A stretch of DNA of 64,000 bases from Macrostomum lignano (taxonomy: Eukaryota). The notes under the pieces were generated by a model that searched no databases, had not been told where the DNA came from, and saw only the letters and a list, made by a program, of their open reading frames with translations. Each line of letters opens with the position of its first letter. The stretch's first letter is position 1. The stretch spans positions 113,495 through 177,494 of the forward strand of contig NIVC01002404.1 in the NCBI GenBank assembly GCA_002269645.1, written 5' to 3'. Positions 37,200 to 46,558 of this stretch are shown in pieces. A program made the translations under genes and the position numbers.

Positions 37200-39821
37200 T
37201 CACGACAGCTCCAGGTCGTCCTTACTGTGAACGGACACAATGGAAGCGTTCAGCATCTGCTTCGTGCCCACCACCGACTGCACAGGCGCGTCCTCATTGT
37301 CGGCGGCACCGGCCCTGACGTAGTCTTTGAAGGTTTCGTTCTTGGCCTCAGCTTTCGGATTGTGTCCAAGACGAATCTCCTTCTCCTCAACTAGGTAAGC
37401 CCTTTCAGGCGTCCTAGTCATGAGGTAAGCTGCCACCAGGCCAACAATCAAAGCCACACTGGCAGCGATGGCCACTCCGACAATCACAACCGAAGTTGAA
37501 GCGACTCCAGGCTCGGGTAATGGTGTATCTAGAAAGGCCAGGTCAACTCGAAGAAATTCAAGCCCATTAGATAAATCAAAGTCGGTGGAGTAAAAGCATA
37601 ACTTGTCCGCCCGGCAGTCTCTTTGGCCGAGAGCGACGCTTGGACTGCCGTAAGCACTTTTGTCGTGTCGAAGGTTTGTCAAAGCCGTTTTTGGCTGATA
37701 GCGGAAATTGTAAACGGCTGTAAGGTTTTTCCGTTTCTGCAGCTCATTCAAAACGCCTTTCTGAGATATTGGAAAAACTTCGTAAGTCAGCGTAAAAGTT
37801 TTAGCGTCAAATTTGATGGCAGAAGCATCTTTCACAAACAAGGTCTTCACATCTTGAAGAAGAAGATCGTCCAGCATTAAGTAACCAGAAACATCAACCC
37901 CGACGTCCCGAAGGTAGGCTGCGGTGCTTTCCGAAAGAGCAAATTCGAACTTGGCGCCATTCGAGACGCTGCATTTCTGAACGCTACAATTGTTGTTTGG
38001 GTTAATGAGAAAACTGTCCTTCGTCAGACGCTTTAGAAAAAAGACATCGGCACCCGTTTGAGTACGATACTCTGACATGCCCACCTGTGAAACAGACTCA
38101 AACTGATTAAGAGAAGCATTGCATTCAAATCGGTGACTGAAGTTGGTGCCCAGTGACGGATTAGCTTGGGGAACGCGAATCACGTCCATTGTCAAAGTTT
38201 TACTTGAATTCGAAGTTGAGGTCGTAGTCACGCTCATCCAATTGTCTCCATTTGAAAACTTTTGACGAAATGCCTCATCTGTCAGACGGTCCCAGTTCAC
38301 CTTGCCGTTACTGACCATTGGCATGTAGAACGTTGGCTCCACTGTGACCGACTTCAATCCAGAGAACATCACTGTACAGCTGTAGGACAGAGATTCGCCC
38401 TCCATCGCGAACACCTTCTCAGGCAACAGACCCGAACTTTCAGAGCTTGGAATTCCACTGGCTGCAGAAGAGTAGGTCACAGCAAAGTGCGGCATCGAGA
38501 CCACAGTGACATTGAACTCAAAGTGTTCCGATCCAGCATCACATTTGTATATCCCGGAATGAGCACTTGAGACGGAAGGTGTAAACTCGATGATGTTACC
38601 AGTTCTCGACACCCGAATGCCATCTATGACTGTCCACTCCTCTAATTGGGACGCATAAAGTGGGTTGCCGTCTCTGAAAAATCGATACATCTGGCTTTTA
38701 TCGTTGCACAGAATGGGACAGACGAGGGCGGTGTTGTCTATGCCGGCCATTATGGTCAAAGTTTTCTTAGCATTTGGTGCCACTTTGCAGGCTATAGACA
38801 ACATGGGACATCCGGAGTAATGGACTTTATCAATTGAATAGCGCTGATCTGCTTCCTGAATTTTTAAGTAGGGTTCAGATTCTCCTGAGAACGAAATGAT
38901 GGTGCAGATTCCAATGGTATACTGCGACTTCTTTTCATGATAAAATGAGGTAATCTCCTTTTTTAAACCGCAAGCACAAAAGTCTAAATAGCCGCTCTCT
39001 ACATCAAGATGCATTATTTTTTGAAGCTTTTGATGTCGCAAGTCGAATTTCGAGTAGTAGCTTGTAAACAGCGTGGCCTTTCCCAGTTGATTGTGCAAGC
39101 AGGAGCCTGCATCAAAGTACAGGCTTGAGCCTAGTGTTATTTTGCTCCTGACGAACTGCGGTGCATTTTTGACAAAGCTTGAAATTGACGATTCAATGAA
39201 GGGTACAGCTGGAAACTGGTCGTCAAGTGGGCTGGAATAGTTCAACCTGGTCATCAGCTCAATCGCGGCAGGAGTAAGAAATTTTAAATCCAATGCTCCC
39301 ATCTTTCCAACGCTAAATGCACCAAGTGGGTCAAAGTTGTACAGAAAGAGCGGATTGGACTGGATTGCCCCGCCAGACCATTCGACCCGCACAACGAGTT
39401 TCACTCTCCTGCTAGCCACCTGGGTATAGTGCACCTCTGAGGCTTTCATCTTCAGTTGAAAATGGTTCTCGGAGTTGCCCGCCTGTACAGTGAATGGAAT
39501 GGTATTCGGGCATCGATGTTCGGGAGACAAGCTCGATTGGAGAGTGTCCATGTCAATCATTTGGGCCTGGGATTGCGGGCACTCGTAAATTAGAACTCTT
39601 TTTAGGCCGCTTCCGCCGCGATCGCCGCTCACGGACACCTGAATGTTGATGTGCTTGCCCTCGGTGAGAATCGACAGCATGTTGGACGATCCGACCTCCC
39701 AGGTGTCGCTCCAGGAAAGCAACACCTTGCTGGACGGTGAGAACTGGAACCGCGGCATCTGCTGGGTGGCGAGCGTGCAACCGGAGACCAGCGCCAGGAA
39801 GAGTAGCGCCAAGAAGGCCAT
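37200..39821 (-). CDS. Intronless type I membrane protein, paralogue 2 (~873 aa)
   Basis: ORF 37200-39872. The likely start is Met18 (MAFLALLFLALVSGCTLA). Same motif series: LVCPILC, HSGIYKC, KVFAMEGESLSYSC, LCFYSTDFD; TM VVIVGVAIAASVALIVGLVAAYLM. Confidence 0.92.
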   Translation of the reverse strand: MAFLALLFLALVSGCTLATQQMPRFQFSPSSKVLLSWSDTWEVGSSNMLSILTEGKHINIQVSVSGDRGGSGLKRVLIYECPQSQAQMIDMDTLQSSLSPEHRCPNTIPFTVQAGNSENHFQLKMKASEVHYTQVASRRVKLVVRVEWSGGAIQSNPLFLYNFDPLGAFSVGKMGALDLKFLTPAAIELMTRLNYSSPLDDQFPAVPFIESSISSFVKNAPQFVRSKITLGSSLYFDAGSCLHNQLGKATLFTSYYSKFDLRHQKLQKIMHLDVESGYLDFCACGLKKEITSFYHEKKSQYTIGICTIISFSGESEPYLKIQEADQRYSIDKVHYSGCPMLSIACKVAPNAKKTLTIMAGIDNTALVCPILCNDKSQMYRFFRDGNPLYASQLEEWTVIDGIRVSRTGNIIEFTPSVSSAHSGIYKCDAGSEHFEFNVTVVSMPHFAVTYSSAASGIPSSESSGLLPEKVFAMEGESLSYSCTVMFSGLKSVTVEPTFYMPMVSNGKVNWDRLTDEAFRQKFSNGDNWMSVTTTSTSNSSKTLTMDVIRVPQANPSLGTNFSHRFECNASLNQFESVSQVGMSEYRTQTGADVFFLKRLTKDSFLINPNNNCSVQKCSVSNGAKFEFALSESTAAYLRDVGVDVSGYLMLDDLLLQDVKTLFVKDASAIKFDAKTFTLTYEVFPISQKGVLNELQKRKNLTAVYNFRYQPKTALTNLRHDKSAYGSPSVALGQRDCRADKLCFYSTDFDLSNGLEFLRVDLAFLDTPLPEPGVASTSVVIVGVAIAASVALIVGLVAAYLMTRTPERAYLVEEKEIRLGHNPKAEAKNETFKDYVRAGAADNEDAPVQSVVGTKQMLNASIVSVHSKDDLELS

Positions 39822-40984
39822 GATCTGGACATTGGACGGACATGAGTGAAATATGCATTGAAATATTGGCACCCTATAATTCGATTATTGCAAGCTTAAT
39901 AGTAAAGCCAACTGCAGTTATTTCACTAATATTCGCTAATTAAAGTTTTTAATGAACTTAATTTTAGTTTGGCAATAGAATAACTATCTCTACAGCACAA
40001 ATATTGAGCTAAATATTTGCGTGCACGTTACATCTAAATTAATAATATATCGAAAAAAGAAACGTTTTTTACTTACAAATACCGTGACGAACTGCAGGTA
40101 GTTATAGAAGCAACTAAAGCAGAAGATTGATTCAGATTTCGACCGTTTTTGCTGCAACTACACGATTCGGGTCTAGCTACATAGCAGTGTGCCAAAGGCG
40201 CAAGCTTTAAATTCGTGCCGATGCATTTTTAAAATAAAAATGGAATGATGTCTTAGATTAAAAGAATTATTATAGAGAAAATATAACAAATGAAAATTCA
40301 CTTATATGATGTAAATGTCAGACTTCTTAGAAAATTTGTTATGCCAGAAGGAAGTTTATAAAACGATTTAAAACCGGTAACAGTATTTTACGTTACGAAA
40401 TGTTTTCCACAGTTGCATGACAAGCCACGGTATAGTGAAATAACATTTTCACTTTATTTCCATTACTTGAAATTAAAATGTCTTTTTAGCTACTTGAAAA
40501 AAGTCTTGAATGAAAATCCAAGTCCATGGTGAACAATTGTTGAAGCCAATGGCTCGACTACGTAAAATAGCTTACCTGGTATCTACAATAAAGACGATTA
40601 AATATTATACCATTCAATCGCTGACTCTAACTTTACATGTACAATTGTTGAAAAATTCTGTAGTGCAAGTACATTCCGTACACAATGTACCAATAGATGA
40701 AGTAGCATGCTTACAAGAATCTGCAAGGCACTAATCGACTCATTGATTCTTATTGTTCTTACAACACTGACAAGCTTGCGCGTGCAACACAGGCGATGAG
40801 CGAAATACATAGAGCGGCACTGCCATACAAAAAAAACGGCTTCCAACGTCTATATGGATGTCGCTGGCAAATGAGTACTTTTGCAGTGTACCACCGATCA
40901 CATTCGGCTGACGTAATACCCGTATAAACACTAACTTGACAGCGACGTCCTTCGACATACTGTCAGCACGGCACTGTAACGCCC

Positions 40985-41110
40985 CACCGGCCTGCTCAAC
41001 TGTCCAAGCGACCTGTTGCGCTATCGATCACATCAACTAACAACCGGTGCAACAGCTAGGTGCTACGGCTGACGACACGCGCGCACTCGGCCTTTCGTCG
41101 ACTGGCTGAC
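40985..41110 (+). mobile_element. Older decayed remnant of the same RTE 3' region
   Basis: GTCCAAGCGACCTGTTGCGC and GCGCGCACTCGGCCTTTCGTCGACTG match 42041-42200. Confidence 0.6.
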
Positions 41111-41644
41111 AATCATAACAATATGATTGCCGTAATTGTTCGTATCTCATTAGGGAGTCAGATCGAACACTTACAAAGAAGGCTGCCAGTAAGCCTTAAA
41201 GTTTCCTTCCAAATCTTGTGAAAGCTCAGTTTATAATCATATTTCGAATAGCGATGCAGTCAACAATAAATGCATATTATTTCCTATACGAGCGTATCTA
41301 CGAGATTTTTTCGTGGCTAAGATTGGCTTTACTGAATTTTTCGATGAGGAAGCGAAAAAATTGGTTGACTGCTATCATTACAAAAGTGCGGAGTATACTT
41401 CAAGTATTACAATTCGTCTGTATATTACACGTTGCTTATTTTCAGTTACCAAATTGCCGATTTCTCACCTGGGGGGGGGGTCTGCTCTAAACTGCTGTAA
41501 GTTCTATGGTGAGTTAAATTGCTGTGTAAGATCAGTATTACGCCAGTTTCTCTCTTTGTCGTAAGTACAGTTGGATCGAGAAAGAAATCGTCCATGGACA
41601 TAAAAGAGTGGAAGAACTTGAGGTCTTTATAGCTTATTAACGGA

Positions 41645-42320
41645 GAAGACCGTCGTGCTGTGCGTGCCGGACGACATCGAGGCTGCTATCCTATGCCGAG
41701 GCGCTGACGGACAGGCAACGGAACTTCCGCGATGTCAGCAGTTCGTCTACCTCGGTGGTCTGGTCCCTGATGTACGCAAGGATCTGCGTCGTCGCCGCGG
41801 GCTTGCCTGGGCTGCCTTCCGCTCTGTGAGGGCGGTCCTGCAGTCTGAGGCCCTTCCGGACCGCCAGAGGGCGGCGCTGTTCCAGGCGGTAGTCGAAACC
41901 GTCCTGCTTTACAACGCCGAGACTCGACTCGCTCGAACATCAAGTCGACGCGGCGCACGCTGGCCTGCTGCGCACCGCCTTCAAGATCAGCGACGAGCGA
42001 GTCACCAACGCGGCACTCTATCGCCGCGCCGGCCTGGCCCGTCCAAGTGACCTGCTGCGCCGTCGGCGACTCCAGCTGGCAGGTCATATCATCCGCGCCG
42101 AGTCGTACTGCCCACAGCCGGTGCAGGAGGTGCTGCTGCTCAGGCTGCAGGCACCCTACCGGCGAGGACAGGCGCGCACTCGGCGTTTCGTCGACTGCCT
42201 GCTGGCTGACGCCGGCGCCCCGGACTCTGACGGCGGAGCGGCCTATGTTTGCACTCTAGCCTTGAGACGCGCCCTGTGACACCAGAGACTATCCAGTGTA
42301 CTTTGTTGTTGTTGTTGTAA
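41645..42320 (+). mobile_element. RTE-clade LINE 3' fragment
   Basis: QQFVYLGG, AVVETVLLYNAET and RRRLQLAGHIIRAESYCPQPVQ; (TTG)n tail at about 42303-42317. Confidence 0.9.
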
Positions 42321-42362
42321 CGGAGAGAAGTTACTCCTCTAATTAATAATCAATATTGCAAC

Positions 42363-42626
42363 GGCCAGATGTGCATCTGTGCATCTGATGTGCAGGCGCA
42401 TCTGAAGGCTGCGTACGGCTGTTCAGCCCAAGGACTGGGGGGTCGCCACACACACAGCCTCAATTACCCCAGCTAATGCTGGCACCCATTTTACAGCTGG
42501 ATGAACTGAAGCAATGCAGAGTGAAGTGTCTTGCTCAAGGACACAAATTGTTTTGAGTTGGGTCAATAATCGAACCCCCGACCTTTCAGTCGTGAGTCCG
42601 ACGCTCGAACCACTGGGCTACAACCC
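42363..42626 (-). mobile_element. tRNA-derived SINE, copy C (uninterrupted)
   Basis: Same consensus as copies A, B and D. Confidence 0.85.
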
Positions 42627-43990
42627 TTTTCTTATCTCCAGACGAGAAGTTTGTCGACCCAGGAAACTATTCGACAATGCCAAAGGTAAAATGGGGATGA
42701 ATTGACGTAAGTAAGACCTCCAGGACTTACAACCATCATAAATTGAAACTTTAAACGAAGGAATATTTTTGCTAAGCTACAGGGTTCCATTCTTGCCAAA
42801 ACATCTTGAAGCGATTTGGGATTTCAAAAAAATATATAAAAATATTTTCAGAAGTTTGATGTCATTTACTGGACCAATGCTCCTTGATGAGCGCCGATAT
42901 GGCAAATTTATTTGATAATCCATGTAATATTTTCCGATTACAAATTTTAAGCATTGAATCCGGTTTAGGAAAAAAGGCACTTGAATATGAGTCATTTTAA
43001 TACTTGCTATAGACTATATCTAGACATATATCAGGTCAAAAATCAGGTACAGCCAATAGTTCAATTCAGTCAGTTTGTTAAAAAAATAGTGCGTTATATC
43101 AAATCTAAATCGTACTGATTGAGACTCATTGGTTAGTGAAGTTTGTGTATAAATAAGTAAAAAATACTTGATTTGAAATCGGGAATAACAAAAAGCAAAA
43201 AAGTGAGATTATCAAGATCAGCGTGATTTGAATTGTTTTTATTTAATCACAGTCCAACAATAAAACTGCATTTTAAAAATGCAGCCCAACAGGAAAGCTT
43301 TACACGACGGTTAGAAAATGAGCGCTTAAAGCCAAGGCAGAAAAATGATTGATCGATTGGACCCAACTGATACTGGCAAAGTGCCAGAGATCACATTGTA
43401 AGCTGTTGACATTCAGACCATAAAATTTTGGCAATTCAACAGAAAAGAGATTCATTCAAATATTTTAAATATCGAGTTAGGGCCATAGTAGAAACAAAAA
43501 CAACGAATTTGTTAAATACACAGCATTTCGGTAAAGGTTATAATTAATTAAAAAAACAACTAATTACAAATTATTCAATGTTAACAGCAGTATAATAGCA
43601 GCAGAAGTAATAAAAAGTTTGGTCAAGATTTGGAGAAAGCCACAGCCTTAGGCTGTACAAGAAGTGGAGTTCAATGCGATTTTTTGAAATTCTGAATTAA
43701 AAATGGAATGAAAGCATCTACAATATTAATAAGGCGACAAAAAATTAAATAGCTCGTAATTTAGGAACCAAGTCTGCAGCAAATGTTGATACACGTCAAG
43801 TCAAAGCTGAAATCACACCTGATCAGTCTGCTCCACCTGAATGTTCTCTGGGGCGGCCACTGCTTGGTCAGGTCCTACGCTCTCTGGAAATTAATTATTT
43901 TAGCCACGTCTAGCTGCGATTCTGTCTACTTATAAATTAATTTTAGTAGTAGAATACGAATATTAGGTTAACAAAACAGAGTAAAAGTTT

Positions 43991-46558
43991 TTACCCACCA
44001 TACATAAAACTGGAATTATCATAAGCTGTGCCGCGCATCTCAATGTCGTCTCCCCTCATCCCCGGAGCCTCTGACTGGCGCACATACTCTTTGAACTCTT
44101 CATCTTTAGCCTCCGCATTTGGATTGCGCCCCTGTTCCAGCTCCTTCTCCTCCAGGGCGTAACTCTTTGCCGGTTCGCGCTTGGCAAAGTAGACAACAAG
44201 TACAACCAAGACAATGATTAGCACAACACAAACGACAATAACCACTATCATTATTGTCATGTTGGCGGTCGACAGTGGCGGCTGCGGTTTGTTGAAGTCC
44301 AGAGTGACGGAAAGGAAGCTCAAGCTGCCAGAGACATCAAAGTCAGTCGAGTAAAAACACAACGGATCTGTGCGACAATCTTTTGAACCGAGAGCGACAG
44401 TCGGTGACCCGTAGCGACCCTTCTGAATTTTCGCATTGCCCATTTCGGACCCATTTCTATACCGAAAGTTGTACACCGGAGTCAGGCTGCTTCGCTTCTG
44501 CAGCTCAGTTCGAACTGCTTCATCCGTGATCGGCAATATCTCGTAACTGATGCTTGTCTTGTTCGACCTTATGATAGAAACGTTGCTGCTCATGAGAATC
44601 TTAACGTCAGTCAGTAGAAGATTGTCGATGCGAAGGAACAAATCCACATCCACTCCAATATAATTCAGGTAGGACAAGTACTCAAGACTAAGAGCGAAAT
44701 TGAACGTCGCACCGTTTCCAAGGTAACACTTTTGTGTTGCGCAATCATTATTTTCACCTAGAACGAAGCCCTCCTTTGTTGGTCGAGGGATGTACACAAT
44801 GTCACCGCCACTTTGTGTGCCATAGCTGGACATTCCCAAGTTTGCTGCATCGGTTCCTGACACTTTGGCATTGCACAGAAACCTGTGAGTAAAATTGTAC
44901 CCAAAGCTTGGCTGCTGAGGTGGTACACTTTGAATTGAGACATTCATCAGCTGAACTCCAGCTCCAACTGCTGGCGTGCTGATACTGACGGCTGAACTTC
45001 CACTGGGACTGACAAAATTATTAAAACTCGCCATACTTTGCTCAGTCCATGTCAAAACGCTACTGGACACGGAGGGCAGAAAGAACAGAGGCTGTAGCGA
45101 CACTGCTGAGATGAGACCCGAGTATGTTACTCCACAGCTGTAGGACAGACTCTCACCCTGCATGGCGAACACCTTTGAGGGTACAGTGGCGCTTTGACCA
45201 CCAATACTCGCTGAGAATGTTGGCATTGAGACAACCGAAACATAGTAGGTAAAGCTGGCGCTCCCAGCGATACACCTGTACTCACCGGCCTGGCTTGACG
45301 TGACATCTTTGGAAAACTCAATGATGTTCGAAGTTCTCGCAATCCGAACACCTTGCGCTCCAAAGTCGCTCCAGTCAGAAGAAGCTGGTGGTATCAGCTT
45401 CTGCCCATTTCGATAAAATGTGAACGGAGTTGCTGAATCAGCACAGACAATCGGACACACCAACGGAGTGTTGTCCATGCTTGAATAGATGGTGACGTTT
45501 TGCTCGGTGTCTGGCACTAGCATACAATTTCCACTCCGAGATTCAGAACAGGACGAATAAGAAAAATCTGAGCTAGGAATTCGTTCTCTTACGGCACTAA
45601 TTTTTTTATATGGCTCAACATCGCCTGAGAAGGAAACTGACAAGCAAATGCCGATTTCGGAAGGAGATCCTCTTTCTAAATATAACTGATGGACTGCATG
45701 GTGCAACTGACATCTCGAATACCAAAGCTGCCCAGTTTTTCGGTCGAGGTACATAGTCTTCATTCGAGTCATTTGGACACTAGTTATCTTGGAGTCGTAT
45801 GTGGTGAACATGTATGCACGGTCGTACTGAACATTTGAACAACCACTCGGATCAAGATATAAAATCGCGCCCAAATTCAGCTTCTGTCTGAAGAACACTG
45901 GAGCAGACTGGACTGCAGACACTAGCCGGCTGTCCATAAACTCGACGCTGTTGAACTCTCCCGATCCTAAATTCATTCGAGTCAGCAGAAGAATTGAGTT
46001 CTCTGTGAGAAAGCGCCGATCATATCCGCTAGGACTTGACGAACTTGCCGGAAAGTCACTGATAGGGTCCAAGTTCCACATTGTCAGGTTGTTGGACATC
46101 AAAACTCCACCAGAATATTCCACCTTTGCGGTCAGGATCACGTTAGATGAAAACACGGTGGAATAGGTTAGGTTAGAGTCATACATTTTCAGTTCGAATT
46201 CGTCACTTGTGGCTGTGGCCCTCAGTTTGAATGCGATGTCTGAGCTACATAGCGGTGATGTTGGACTAGTAGTCACAGATGCCAAGTCAATTGAATCCAC
46301 CGAGGTCTTTGTTGGGCAACCATACAGAAGAGTTCGCTTGAGACCGGATCCGCTGGCCACGCCATCAACTCGAATTCTGAGTGTGATTTTGCTGTTTGAG
46401 CTCAGAAGAACCATGGAGTTCTGTGTTCCAGCTTCCCAAACATCATTCCAGACAAGAAGCAGCTTGGCAGACTGAGAATAGACAAAACGTGGCATCTGTT
46501 CACCTGATGCAGAACAAATTAGAAGGCTTAGTAGCATCAACAATATAAGCTTCATCAT
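43991..46558 (-). CDS. Intronless type I membrane protein, paralogue 3 (855 aa)
   Basis: ORF with signal peptide MMKLILLMLLSLLICSASG, LVCPIVC, QAGEYRC, KVFAMQGESLSYSC, LCFYSTDFD and TM IMIVVIVVCVVLIIVLVVLVVYFA. Confidence 0.93.
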   Translation of the reverse strand: MMKLILLMLLSLLICSASGEQMPRFVYSQSAKLLLVWNDVWEAGTQNSMVLLSSNSKITLRIRVDGVASGSGLKRTLLYGCPTKTSVDSIDLASVTTSPTSPLCSSDIAFKLRATATSDEFELKMYDSNLTYSTVFSSNVILTAKVEYSGGVLMSNNLTMWNLDPISDFPASSSSPSGYDRRFLTENSILLLTRMNLGSGEFNSVEFMDSRLVSAVQSAPVFFRQKLNLGAILYLDPSGCSNVQYDRAYMFTTYDSKITSVQMTRMKTMYLDRKTGQLWYSRCQLHHAVHQLYLERGSPSEIGICLSVSFSGDVEPYKKISAVRERIPSSDFSYSSCSESRSGNCMLVPDTEQNVTIYSSMDNTPLVCPIVCADSATPFTFYRNGQKLIPPASSDWSDFGAQGVRIARTSNIIEFSKDVTSSQAGEYRCIAGSASFTYYVSVVSMPTFSASIGGQSATVPSKVFAMQGESLSYSCGVTYSGLISAVSLQPLFFLPSVSSSVLTWTEQSMASFNNFVSPSGSSAVSISTPAVGAGVQLMNVSIQSVPPQQPSFGYNFTHRFLCNAKVSGTDAANLGMSSYGTQSGGDIVYIPRPTKEGFVLGENNDCATQKCYLGNGATFNFALSLEYLSYLNYIGVDVDLFLRIDNLLLTDVKILMSSNVSIIRSNKTSISYEILPITDEAVRTELQKRSSLTPVYNFRYRNGSEMGNAKIQKGRYGSPTVALGSKDCRTDPLCFYSTDFDVSGSLSFLSVTLDFNKPQPPLSTANMTIMIVVIVVCVVLIIVLVVLVVYFAKREPAKSYALEEKELEQGRNPNAEAKDEEFKEYVRQSEAPGMRGDDIEMRGTAYDNSSFMYGG

